Notes under the pieces: generated by a model
Seen by the model: the letters and a program-made list of their open reading frames with translations, nothing else
Database searches by the model: none
What the model was told of the DNA's origin: nothing
Translations under genes and position numbers: made by a program
Part shown: positions 1-12,079 of the stretch, in pieces
Layout: the number at the start of each line of letters is the position of its first letter
Position numbering within the stretch: the first letter of the stretch is position 1
Assembly (NCBI RefSeq): GCF_009914755.1
Contig: NC_060925.1
Source of the DNA: the human T2T-CHM13v2.0 reference genome, Homo sapiens
Strand: one strand, 5' to 3'
DNA: 64,000 nt

Positions 1-39
1 TGCATTTATCCTCTTATAACATAAATTGTTTTATATGTC

Positions 40-140
40 ATCATCTGATCACACTCACTGTGACCTGTATGCACAGGGACTTTGTTCTGATCACTGTGGT
101 AGCCACAGTGGTCAACACGTAGCCAGGCTTCATAAGTGTG
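40..140. mobile_element. L2 (LINE-2) 3' end fragment, highly diverged
   Basis: 'cagggactttgttctgatcactgtggtagccacagtgg...cataagt' resembles the L2 3' terminal motif; degenerate. Confidence 0.4.
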
Positions 141-215
141 GTTGGAAAGAGTGGATTTCATGCTTTTCTGAATTTCTGTTTTTGTATGTACTCATTCTCT
201 AGAGGAGATATTGGA

Positions 216-652
216 TGTATTAGTTTCCTAGGAATGCCAATACAGTATCACAAACTGGTTACCTAAAACAACAGAATTTTATTCTCTCACAGTTTTGGAG
301 GCTAGAAATCTGAAATCAAGATGTCACCAGGGTTGGTTACTTCTGAGGGCTCTAAGCAGATGAATCTGTCCCATTCCTCTCTCCCAGGTTCTTGTCATAA
401 CTAACAGTTGTTGACATTTCTTGGTTTGCAGATGCACCACTCTAATCCCTGCCTCCCCCATCACACGGTAATCCCCAGTGTCTCAGTCTTTGCATGGCCA
501 CCCTCTTATCAGAACATGAGTCATAACTGATTAGAGAAACCCACTCTAATCCAATATGATCTCACCTTAACTAGTTACACTCTTTATGTATTTCCAAACA
601 AGCTCACATGCTGAGTATCTTTTTGGGAAGAAATACAACTCAATCCGTAACA
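216..652 (-). mobile_element. MLT1-type (ERVL-MaLR) solo LTR
   Basis: Begins tgtattagtttcctagg...aaaacaacagaattttattctctcacagttttggaggctagaa and ends caatccgtaaca; TG...CA termini. Confidence 0.8.
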
Positions 653-1220
653 CTGGGCTATGGAAAAAATGGCCTAGGTTTTAGATTTGTATAATTGAAA
701 ATCTTTTCAGTGTATCCAATTACTGTATAGAAAACTTACTACAAAGTGTACATCAAACACTCTAAAGTAATAGACAAACAGATTTTGTTAACACTCCTAG
801 TAAAAATGTCTACTATTATGTGAGCAAAGGCACACATTTATTCTCCATTTCTAGTACTGTGATGGTCACATGCTGACTGAAGCTGAATTTCTCTATCAAT
901 GTGTCTGTAAAAGACTTCTAATTTTATAGGAACTATCTGTTTCCCTTGGAGACTTTAAAAAAAAAAAAACTCCATCCATTATTTATTAGATACTATAATT
1001 CTAATTTTTCAATGGAGAAAGGGGATGCTCAGAAGAAAACCTTAGGACAAGCTCTATAATTTCGTGAGACAGTGTTGAAAGAACATATTTCGTTCAGATT
1101 CTATATTTCTTGACCTTTTAGTTTCCTACTTCTATTCATGCTGTATTGATCACCCAACTACAGAAGTTACCACAATCACATGATTTATAAGGCACTGAGT
1201 AAAGTTTTACCAAATTAATA

Positions 1221-1240
1221 CGCTGGTTTTGTGGTACTAG
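1221..1240 (+). promoter_or_regulatory. Probable splice acceptor of the OR2M3 coding exon
   Basis: ggttttgtggtactAG ends 18 nt before the ATG; the OR2M4 paralog has an AG 19 nt before its ATG. Confidence 0.5.
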
Positions 1241-1258
1241 GTAAAAAGCATACACATC

Positions 1259-2197
1259 ATGGCAAGGGAGAATTCGACCTTCAACTCCGACTTCATCCTC
1301 CTGGGAATCTTCAATCACAGCCCCACCCACACCTTCCTCTTCTTTCTGGTCCTGGCCATCTTTTCAGTGGCCTTCATGGGAAACTCTGTCATGGTTCTCC
1401 TCATCTACCTGGACACCCAGCTCCACACCCCCATGTACCTCCTCCTCAGCCAACTGTCCCTCATGGACCTCATGCTCATCTGCACCACCGTACCCAAGAT
1501 GGCCTTCAACTACCTGTCTGGCAGCAAGTCCATTTCTATGGCTGGTTGTGCCACACAAATTTTCTTCTATACATCACTGCTTGGCTCTGAGTGCTTTCTT
1601 TTGGCTGTTATGGCTTATGACCGCTACACTGCCATTTGCCACCCTCTAAGATACACCAATCTCATGAGCCCTAAAATTTGCGGACTTATGACTGCCTTTT
1701 CCTGGATCCTGGGCTCTACGGATGGAATTATTGATGTTGTAGCAACATTTTCCTTCTCCTACTGTGGGTCTCGGGAAATAGCCCACTTCTTCTGTGACTT
1801 CCCCTCCCTACTAATCCTCTCATGCAGTGACACATCAATATTTGAAAAGATTCTTTTCATCTGCTGTATAGTAATGATTGTTTTCCCTGTTGCAATCATC
1901 ATTGCTTCCTATGCTCGAGTTATCCTGGCTGTCATTCACATGGGATCTGGAGAGGGTCGTCGCAAAGCTTTTACTACTTGTTCCTCTCACCTCTTGGTGG
2001 TGGGAATGTACTATGGAGCAGCTTTGTTCATGTACATACGGCCCACATCTGATCGCTCCCCAACACAGGACAAGATGGTGTCTGTATTCTACACCATCCT
2101 CACTCCCATGTTGAATCCCCTCATCTACAGCCTCCGCAACAAGGAGGTGACCAGAGCATTCATGAAGATCTTAGGAAAGGGCAAGTCTGGAGAGTGA
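1259..2197 (+). CDS. OR2M3: Olfactory receptor family 2 subfamily M member 3 (312 aa class A GPCR), intact
   Basis: Intronless ORF with OR motifs N-glycosylation NST, GN (TM1), LHTPMY, MAYDRYTAICHPLRY, HFFCD, KAFTTCSSH, PMLNPLIYSLRNKEV; protein recognised as human OR2M3. Confidence 0.95.
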   Translation: MARENSTFNSDFILLGIFNHSPTHTFLFFLVLAIFSVAFMGNSVMVLLIYLDTQLHTPMYLLLSQLSLMDLMLICTTVPKMAFNYLSGSKSISMAGCATQIFFYTSLLGSECFLLAVMAYDRYTAICHPLRYTNLMSPKICGLMTAFSWILGSTDGIIDVVATFSFSYCGSREIAHFFCDFPSLLILSCSDTSIFEKILFICCIVMIVFPVAIIIASYARVILAVIHMGSGEGRRKAFTTCSSHLLVVGMYYGAALFMYIRPTSDRSPTQDKMVSVFYTILTPMLNPLIYSLRNKEVTRAFMKILGKGKSGE

Positions 2198-2204
2198 GTT
2201 ACCT

Positions 2205-2210
2205 AATAAA
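2205..2210 (+). terminator. AATAAA candidate proximal poly(A) signal of OR2M3
   Basis: Canonical hexamer starting 8 nt after the stop codon, followed by T/GT-rich sequence. Confidence 0.4.
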
Positions 2211-2792
2211 CTTCATGTTTTGCTGTGTGCTAAATCCTTTTTTTAAATGGTCCTATTTTTCCATTAAGCCTTGAAAATGGGATTCATTGTGTACATAAAT
2301 CTGTAATGACATATTTATGTGCACCTATATAATTTATTTCAGATAAACTATTATAACTATTTATTATTTTATATTCATTTCTGCTATGACCACAATGTAA
2401 GTCATTTCCAATAAGAATATTAAAGTTTTAAAAATTATTTTTAATTTCCATAGGTTTTTGGAGAACAGGTAGTGTTTGGTTTTATGAATAAGTTCTTTAG
2501 TGATGATTTCTGAGATTTTGGTGCACCCATCACCCAAGTAGTATTCACTGTACCCAATGTGTAGTCTTTTATCACTTGTCATTCCCCGTATTTCCCTCAT
2601 GTCCCCAAAGTCCAGTGTATCATTCTTATGACTTTTTGTCTCATAGTTTAGTTTCAACATATGAATGTGAACGTATGATGTTTGGTTTTTCATTCCTGAG
2701 TTACTTTACTTAGAATAATAGTCTCTAATTCCATCCCAGTTGCTGTGAATGCCATTATTTTGTATTTTTTATGACTGAGTAGTATTCCATGG

Positions 2793-2856
2793 TATGTGTG
2801 TATATAGATATATATATATATACGTATATATATACACACACACACATATATATATA
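2793..2856. repeat. (TA)n/(CA)n compound microsatellite inside the L1
   Basis: Directly visible. Confidence 0.9.
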
Positions 2857-5800
2857 ACCTTTTCTTTATCCACTCGTTGATTGATGGGCATTTGGACTGG
2901 TTCCATATTTTTGCAATTGCAAATTGTGCTGCTTTATACATGCATGTGCAGGTATCTTTTTTGTATAATAACTTCTTTTCCTCTGTGTAGTTAGTAGTGG
3001 TATTGCTAGATCAAAAGGTAGATCCACTTTTAGTTCTTTAAGGAATGTTCACACTGTTTTTTACAGTGGTTGAACTAGTTTGCATTCCCACCAGCAGTGT
3101 AAAAGTTCCCTTTTGACCGCATCCACACCAGCATCTATTATTGTTTGATTGATTATGGCCATTCTTGCAGAAGTGAGGTGGTATTGCATTGTGGTTTTGA
3201 TTTGCATTTCCCTGATAATTAGTGATGTCAAGCATTTTTCTAGATGCTTGTTGGCTATTTATATATATTTATATATCTCCTTTTGAGAATTGTCTATTCA
3301 TGTCCTAGGCCCACTTTTTGATGGGATCATTTGTTTTCTTCTTGCTGATTTGTTTGAGTTCTTTGTAGATTCTGGAAATTAATCCCTTCTCAGATGTATA
3401 AATTGTGAAGATTTTCTCCCACTCTATGGGTTGTCTATTTACTCTGCTGACCGTTCCTTTTGCAGTGCAAAAGGTCTTTAGTTTAATTAGTTCCCAGCTA
3501 TTTATCTTTGTTTTTATTGCATTAGTTTTTGGGTTCTTGCTCATGAAACCCTTGCCTAAGCCAATGTCTACAAGGATTTCTCTGATGTTATCTTCTGGAA
3601 TCTTTATGTTTTCAGTACTTAGATTTAAGGTTTTTATCCATCTTGAGTTGATTTTTGTATAAGGTGAGCGATGAGGATCCAGTTTCATTCTTCTACATGT
3701 GGCCTGTCAGTTAGCCCAGCACCATTTGTTGAATATGGTGTTCTTTCCCCCACTTCATGTTTTTGTTTGTGTTGTTGAAGATCAGATGGCTGTAAGTATT
3801 TTGGTTTATTTCTGGGTTCTCTATTCTGTTTTGTCTGTCTATGTCTCTATTTTTATCCAGTACCATGCTGTTTTGGTGACTATGGCTTTATAGTATAATT
3901 TGAAGTTGGGTATGTGGTGCCTCCAGATTTGTTCTTTTTGCTTATTCTTGCTATGGCTATGCAGGACTTTTTTATTCCATATGAATTTTAGGATTGTTCT
4001 TTCTAGTTCTGTTAAGAAGGATGGTGATATTTTAGTGGGAATTGCATTGAATTTGTAAATTGCTTTTGGCAGCATGGTCATTTTTACAATATTGTTTCTA
4101 CCCATCCATGAGTATGGGATGTATTTCCATTTATTTGTGTTGTCAATGATTTTTTTCAGCAGTGTTTTGTATTTTTCCTTGTAGAAGTCTTTCACATCCT
4201 TGGTTAGGTATACTCCTTAATATTTTGTGTTGTTGTTGTTATATTATTTGCTTCTGTCATGAAAGGGTTGAGTTCTTGATTTGATTCTCAGCTGGTTGCC
4301 ATTAGTATATAGCAGAGCTACTGATTTGTGTACATTAATTGTGTGTCCTGAAACTGTTGAATTTATTTACCAGTTCTAGGAGCTTTTTAGATGAGCCGTT
4401 AGGGTTTTCTATGTATTCCATCGTATCATCAGCAAACAGCGACAGTTTTCCTTTCTCTTTACCATTTTGGATGTCCTTTATTTCTTTCTCTTGTCTGATT
4501 GCTCTAGCTAGGACTTTCAGTATTATCTTGAACAGACATGGTGAAAGTGGACATCCTTGTCTTGTTCCAGTTCTCAGGGGGAATGCTTTCCAATTTTCCC
4601 CTTTCAGTATAATGTTTGCTGTGGATTTCTCATAGAAGGCTTTGATTACCTTAACGTCACCTCTATGTCCCTTCGTGTTGATTTTGCTTAGAATTTTAAT
4701 TGTAAAGGGATGTGGGATTTCATCAAATGCTTTTTCTCTGTCTATTGAGATGATCATGTGATTTTTGTTTTTAATTCTGTTTATGTGGTGTATCATATTT
4801 ATTGACTTATGTATCTTAAACCATCCCTACATCCCTGGTATGAAACTCACTTAATTATGGGTGGATTAGCTTTTCGATATGCTGTGGGATTCAGTTCTCT
4901 AGTATTATGTTGAGGATTTTTGCATCTATGTTCATCAGGGATATTGGTCTGTAGTCTGTAGTTTTCTTTTTTTGTTATGTCTTTCACTGGTTTTGGTATT
5001 AGGGTGACAGTGGCTCCACAGAATGATTTACAAAGGATTCCCTCTTTATCCTTTGGAATAGTGTCAATAGGATTGGTATTAATTCTTCTTTGAATGTCTG
5101 ATAGAATTCAGCTGTGAATCTGTCTGGTCCTGGACTTTTTTTTGGCAATTTTTTTCATTACAATTTCAGTCATGCTGCTTGTTACTGGTCTGATCAGAGA
5201 TTCTATATCTTCCTTTTTTAATCCAGGAGGGTTGTATAGTTCCAGGAATTTGGTTATCTCTTCCAGGTTTTTTAGTTTATCTGCACAAAGGTGTTCATAG
5301 TAGCCTTGATTAATCATTTGTATTTCTATGGAATCAATTGTAATATCTCCCATTTCATTTCTAATTGTGTTTATTTGCATCTTCTCTATTCTTTTTTGGT
5401 TAATCTTGCTAATGGTCTATCAACTTTATTCGTCTTTTTAAAGAACTAGCTTTTTGTTTCATTTATCTTTTGTATTTTTTTTGTTTCAATTTCATTTAGT
5501 TCTGCTCTGATCTTCATTATTTCTTTTCTTCTTCTGGGTTTGGGTTTGGATTGTTCTTGTTTCTCCTGTTCTGTGAGGTGCGACCTAAGATTATCTCTTT
5601 GTGCTGTCTCAGACTTTTTGATGTAGGCATCTAATGGAATGAACTTTCCTCTTAGCACTGCTTTTGCTGTATCCCAGAAGTTTTGCTAGGTTTTGTCACT
5701 ATTATCATCCAGTTCAAAGAATTTTTAAATTTCCCTCTTGATTGCAATGTTGTCCCAATAATCATCCAGGAGCAGGTTATTTAATTTCCATGTATTTGCA

Positions 5801-8627
5801 AGGTTTTGAGGGTTCCTTTTGGAGTTGATTTTCAATTTTATTCTACTGTGGTCTGAGACAGTACTTGATATAATTTTGATTTTCTTAAATTCACTGAGAC
5901 TTGTTTTTTGGCCTATCATATGGTCTATCTTGGAGAATGTTCTGTGTACTGATGAATAGAATATATACTCTGCAGTTGCTTAGTAGAATGTTCTGTAAAT
6001 ATCTGTTAATCCCATTTCTTGTAGCATATAGTTTAAGTGCATTGTTTCTTTTTTTACTTTCTGTCTTAAAGACCTGTCTAGTGCTCTCAGTGGAGTATTG
6101 AAGTCCCCCACTATTATTGCATTGTCATCTATCTCCTTTCTTAGGTCTAGTAGTAATTGTTTTATAAATTTGAGAGTTCCACTGTTATGTGCAAATATAT
6201 TTTGGATTGTAATATTTTCCTGTTAGACTAGCCCTTTTATCATTACAAAATGTCCCTCTTTGTCTTTTTTTAACTGCTCTTGCTTTAAAGTTTGTTTTTT
6301 TCTAATATAAGAATATCTATTCCTGCTTGCTTTTGGTGTCAATTTGCATGGAATATGTTCTTTCACCCCTTTAACTTAAGTTTATGTGAGTCCTTATGTG
6401 TTTGGTGAGTTTCCTGAAGATGCACAAACTTGGTTGGTGAATTCTTATCCATTCTGCCATTCTGTATTTTTTAAGTGGAACATTTAGGCCACTAACATCA
6501 ATGTCGGAATTGAGATGTGAGGTACTATTCTATACATCGTGCTATTTGTTACCTGAATATCTGAAGTTTTTTTGTTTGTTTTCATTATGTTATTGTTATA
6601 TAGGTCCTGTAATATTTATGCTTTAAGGAGGCTCTATTTGGTGTATTCCAAGAATTTGTTTCAAGGTTTAGAGCTCCTTTCAGCAGTTCTTGTTGTGCAG
6701 GCTTGATAGTGTTGAATTCTCTCAGCATTTGTTTGTCTGAAAAAGATGGTGCCTTTCCTTCATTTCTGAAGCATAGCTTCGCTGGATACAAAATTCTTAG
6801 CTAATAATTATTTTATTTAAGGAGGCTGATGATAGGGCGCCAATCCCTTCTAGCTTGTAGGGCTTCTGCTAATAAATCTGCTAATAAATCTGCTATCAAT
6901 GTGATAGGTTTTTCTTTACAGGTTACCTGATGCTTTTCTCTCACGGCTGACATTTTTTCCTTTGCCTTGACTTTAGATAACTTGTTATGTACCTAGGGAA
7001 TGATCTTTTTGTCATGAATTTCCCAGGTGTTCTTTGAGCTTCTTGAGTTTGGATGTTTAGATCCAGCAAGGCTGGTAGTAATTTTCCTCTATTATTCCTT
7101 CAAATATATTTTCCAGACTTTTAGATTTCTCTTCTTCCTCAAGAACACCAATTATTCTTAGGTCCGGACATTTGACATAGTATCAAACTTCTTGGAGGCT
7201 TTGTTTTTAGGTTTTTTTTCTTGTCTTGAATGAACTGGGTTAATTTGAAAGCCTTGTCTTCAAGCTCCGAGGTTCTTTCTTCTGCTCGTTGGATTTTATT
7301 GGTGAGAATTTCCAGTGCATTTCACATTTCTCTAAGTGTGTCCTTGATTTTTAGAAGTTGTGAGTGTTTTTATTTATGCTGTTTATTTCACTGAAGAATT
7401 TTTCTTTTATTTTCTGTATCATGATTTTTATTTCTTTACATTAGACTTCACTTTTCTTTGGTGCCTCTTTGATTAGCTTAATAATTGGCAATACTTTTTC
7501 TGGCAATTCAGAGATTTCCTCTTCGTTTGGATCCATTGGTGGTGAACTGGTGTGATCTTTTGGGGGTATTACAGAACCTTGTTTTATCATATTACAGAAT
7601 TTTTTTTTCTGGTTCCTTCTTATTTGGGTAGACTATGTCAGAGGGAAGACCTGGGATTCAAGTTCTGCTGTTCAGTGTCTTTTGTCCCACTGAGTGCTCC
7701 CTCGATGTGGTGTTCTCATTCCCCTAGGAATGAGGCTTCCTGAGAGCCAAACTGTAGTGGCTGTCTAGCCACACAGTGGAGCTACCAGGTTCCATACTGG
7801 TACTTGGGAGTGTCTGCAAAGATCCTGTAATATGATCTGTCTTCAGGTCTTGCAGCCATGGATACCAGTTCCTGCTCCAGTCGATGTAGCAGGGGAGTGA
7901 AAGGAACTCTGCTAGGGTCTTTGGTTGTGTTTTTGTTTATTGTGCTGCTTGTTTTGTTGGCCTTCAGCCAGGAGGTAGTGCTTTCCAGAGTGCATCAGCG
8001 GCCCTTAGGGAGGATGCAAACTTGCCCTAGGGACACCTGGTCAAGTATTCAGGTTTCTCAGGTGATGGGTGAGGCCATAGAGGTAACAAGAGATTATGAC
8101 GTTTGTCTTCAGCTACCAAGGTGGATAGAGAAAGACCACCAGGTCAGGGTAGGGATGGCTGTGTCTGAGTTCAGCCTCTTCTTGGGTGGGGCTTGCTGCT
8201 GCTGCTGCTGTGGCGGATGGGGGTGTGGTTTCCAGTCCATTGGAGTTATATTCCTAGGGAGATTATGGCTGCCTCTGCTGCAACACATAGGTCACCAGAA
8301 AAGTGGGAGAAAGCCGGCAGTCACCAGCTTCACTCAGCATCCACACAGCCCACAGTCCTAAAGGCCAGTCGTGCTCCCACCGTGCCCACACAACAGCACC
8401 AAGTCTATTTCCAGGCAGCTGGTGACCAGGGCTGAGAATTTGCCCCAGACCATGAACCTCTCTGTTGAGAAAGCAAACAGACTCACAGGTTTTCATTGTC
8501 TCAGGGAGCCTGCAGTGGTGATCCAGTTCCTTCAAAGGATCTGTGGATTCTCTCAGCTTTCCTGGTATGTTACTGCAGTAGTTCTTGGCACAAAATTTCA
8601 CAATGTGAGTTTCCATACGGTATTCTG

Positions 8628-9122
8628 TGTCAGGCCTCTGAGCCCAAGTTAAGCCATCATATCCCTTGTGACCTGCACGTATACATCCAGATGGCCTGAA
8701 GCAACTGAAGATCCACAAAAGAAGTGAAAATAGCCTTAACTGATGACATTCCACCATTGTGATTTGTTTCTGCCCCACCCTAACTGATCAGTGTACTTTG
8801 TAATGTCCCCCACCCTTAAGAAGGTTCTTTGTAATCTCCCCCACCCTTAAGAAGGTTCTTTGTAATCTCCCCAACTCTTAAGAAGGTTCTTTGTAATTCT
8901 CCCCACCCTTGAGAGTGTACTTTGTGAGATCCACCACCTGCCCCCAAAACATTGCTCCTAACTCCACTGCCTATCCCAAAACCTGTAAGAACTAATGATA
9001 ATCCCACCACACTTTGCTGATTCTCTTTTCGGACTCAGCCCACCTGCACCCAGGTGAAATAAACAGCCTTGTTGCTCACACAAAGCCTGTTTGGTGGTCT
9101 CTTCACATGGACACTTGAGACA
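8628..9122 (+). mobile_element. HERV-H solo LTR (LTR7 family)
   Basis: Starts tgtcaggcctctgagcccaag, contains ccagatggcctgaagcaactgaagatccacaaaagaagtgaaaatagcc and aataaacagccttgttgctcacacaaagcctgtttggtggtctcttcac, ends ...gagaca; 5-bp TSD ttctg/ctctg. Confidence 0.93.
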
Positions 9123-9716
9123 CTCTGTCCATCTGAGTGGGAGCTGCAAGCTAGTCCTGCCTCCTATCCACCATCTTAATCCTAGTCAGGACATTAAAGT
9201 TTTCTGTTTATTCAGTATCATAAATGTTGAAGTATGCACCAAGGTAGCAAACAAATCTTCTTTTCCCAGGGTATAAACTCAAAATTTTATTGAGACTCTT
9301 GAAACTCACTTTGGAGTAAAAGTTAATACACTGGACTTTTACATTTTTAGTCTGTATTTTATAGTCATTTTTATTTTGGGGGGACTCTTGGAGATGCTGC
9401 TGTGACTTCAACCCAGGTGACATCTTAACATTTGATCTCTAATTACTTCCATCACAAAAAGTTAACTTTTATTATGGGATCCCAGATCCAAATTTCTTTC
9501 AAGTTGTTAAAATTCATCTAAGCTTCACACACTGATCCAACAGAGAAATTGTTTCATTATTTAAATTCTCAGTGGATAGATAATTTACATGTGCCCCTAA
9601 ACTGCACAATGATACTTAAACATTTTATTAATAATTACAGGACTTATATTGAAATTTAGAATATAAGTAAATGTTTCTGAATTTTCAAATGTAAGTATAT
9701 TTTTACATAATAGTAA

Positions 9717-10014
9717 TTTTTTTTTTTTTTAATTACAGAGTCTCGCTCTGGGGCCCAGGCTGGAGTGCGGTGGTGCGATCTTGGCTCACTGCAACCTCCT
9801 CCTTCCGGGTTCAAGCAATTCTCCCTGCCTCAGCCTCCCAAGTAGCTGAGACTACAGGGGCCTGCTAATCTCTCAGGGCCCATGCGAAATCTATCTCAAT
9901 CAAAAGTGCATTATTCTTAGAAGCAGATATTACAAAATTTAATTTCCTAATTTGGCCAAGTGGCATGGGCTGAGCTAATTTTTGTATTTTTCAGTAGAGA
10001 TGGGGTTTTGCCAT
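9717..10014 (-). mobile_element. 5'-truncated AluS with a non-Alu insertion (about 9864-9974)
   Basis: Poly-T, gagtctcgctctg...gactacagg, foreign insert, then ctaatttttgtatttttcagtagagatggggttttgccat. Confidence 0.85.
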
Positions 10015-11589
10015 AAAATAAAATTGTAATAACTCTATTGCTGTCACATTCCCTATAAGGAAAATCATTTAATCTTAGTTGCACAGGCTTTATTTATATT
10101 ATTGATTCACAAGAGAATCAAATTTTTCTAAAATTGGTCAATTGTTTTAGCATTTCTGCTCTTTGAATAGGATTAGAGTTTATGGAACAATGTAAAATCC
10201 TATAATATATTTCCAGTCTTTGAAGTCCTTTTAAAGAAAATCATGTCCAGCATATAGATTAAGTGGTCAAATAGATATTTCCACAGTGGCTCAAAGTAAT
10301 ACATAAAGAGAATAACATTTAGACTTTATTACATGACTACAGTACATGTGCCTTACCTTGAAATAAATAGTGAAACTGTACATGAAACAAGAAGTATACT
10401 AATAGCCATCAAATATTTTAAATATTAATTCATAATGCTATACATTAATGACTCTAGAATATGCATCACAACCATTTATATATTAGGTAGAAAGAAAGAA
10501 AGAAAATATTCAATAATCCTTATCTTTTTAACAATTAAGCAAAATGCATAATTAATTATAGTTATCTTAAATCACTTGGCCAAATAAGGAAAATAAATTT
10601 TGTAAAACCTGCTTCTAAATATAATGTACTTTTTATTAAGATAGATTCATTTATATCCACAGATCTATGGTTACACTGAAGTATAGATAATTTAATTCAG
10701 GCCAAAAACTGATTTTTAAAAACTCATATGGTTTCTAAATTATCCAAATTATTTTCTAACTTAGTTTTTTTTTCTTTTTCTTGGTCTGGTATTAAAGAAG
10801 CATTTTCCAAAAGTTATTGTTTTATAATTTTAAACATAATTTTTTTCTAAGTTAATTGAAATTACTGATAAGGAAAATGAATAAAGACACTATTTAAATT
10901 TATGCTGGCTATGAAAAACAGAAACCAGGCTCCTGTCTTTGTTTCCAGTCTCACCTATTTTCAGCAGACAGGACAATATTTATTCTACAGAGTGTTGTTT
11001 TACAACATCCTATGTGAACTCATTTCTCTTTTGAACTCACTGTTACTAATAATTTAACATGTTTTTACATCATTTTGTTTTATTCATATTATAAAGGATT
11101 ATATATCTGTTGTGGGTGTGAATTATCTAGTATACATTTTGATATTTCTAAAACCACTAAGAACAATAAAAACTTGTTCAATAAATTATTGATTCTTAAA
11201 GTAATTACCATCACTCTGATTACAGTGAAGGGTAAGCTCCCTTTGCAGTTCCTTCTTTCTTTCTCAATATCTCTGTTTCTTTGGTGTTGACTAAAATGGT
11301 TAGAATTGCTTGGTACTAAACCATCAGAGTCTGTTTCTAAATCTAGAGGCTGTATCTCTTTATGTTCAGAAAATTTTCTCTTAATATCACCTATAAACAA
11401 TACTAATCTCCATTTTCCCTTACATCTTCAGCCCCTGCTCCTGTCTCATCCTACACACCGAACTCCTACTTCCATCAGTCCTGCTGATTACAAATGCAAT
11501 TTTATTAGTGGACATTCAAGATTACCTGCAAATATTATTGTTTACACCCTAATCATGATAATGTGTAATATTTTTTCTTCAGTTAGCAG

Positions 11590-11710
11590 TATATATATAT
11601 ATATATATATGTGTATATATATATGTATATATATATGTATATATATATGTATATATATATATGTATATATATACACACACACATTTACACACACACACAC
11701 ATATATATAT
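11590..11710. repeat. (TA)n/(TATATG)n/(CA)n compound microsatellite
   Basis: Directly visible. Confidence 0.92.
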
Positions 11711-12079
11711 TTGATGATTTAATTAGGCCATTTATATTTATATCAATTTAAATCACAAACAAAATAATGGAAGTAAAATATATAAGAAGGTAAAACCTCA
11801 ACATTTGTTTATTTTGAGGAATATAGGTATGATATTAATTCAACCATAGCTCAATTAACACACATATCTTTGTATCAGCCTTATATTATTTTTATGCTTT
11901 TTAAACTTGTACTATAGACTCCTACCCGCAGGCTCTACTACATGTACCATATGCACACACACATACATACATAAAGCATCCATTATTTGGGGTTACATAG
12001 CTGACATTTTAGTTCTAAAATCTTACTGGTATACCTGGCCATATAATAGTTCCTTGGAGATGGGATTAGAACAAGTTCC

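Larger units (their letters stand above)
2430..9187 (-). mobile_element. Full-length, decayed L1PB-type LINE-1, interrupted by an LTR7
   Basis: L1PB-type 3' end at 2440-2620; ORF2 fragments in the track (e.g. 4335-4796 with GCPLSP and SLFADD), ORF1 fragment 6585-6791; 5' end ...ccaccatcttaatcc at about 9182; TSD agaatattaaagtttt (2414-2429) / aggacattaaagtttt (9188-9203). Confidence 0.9.

Noticed and set aside
1231-1590. Overlapping shifted-frame ORFs at both OR genes (also 37007-37381) with similar His/Pro-rich peptides
   Set aside because: Shadow frames of paralogous hydrophobic coding sequence; they start at non-ATG codons upstream of the splice acceptor
6867-6896. 12-bp tandem duplication ctgctaataaat
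   Set aside because: Trivial slippage in a dead L1
8791-8913. Regular ~31-bp repeats resembling a CRISPR array
   Set aside because: Head-to-tail tandem units without unique spacers; a known U3 repeat type of HERV-H LTRs
11306-11722. 138-aa ORF with IYIYIC repeats
   Set aside because: Translation of the (TA)n/(CA)n microsatellite
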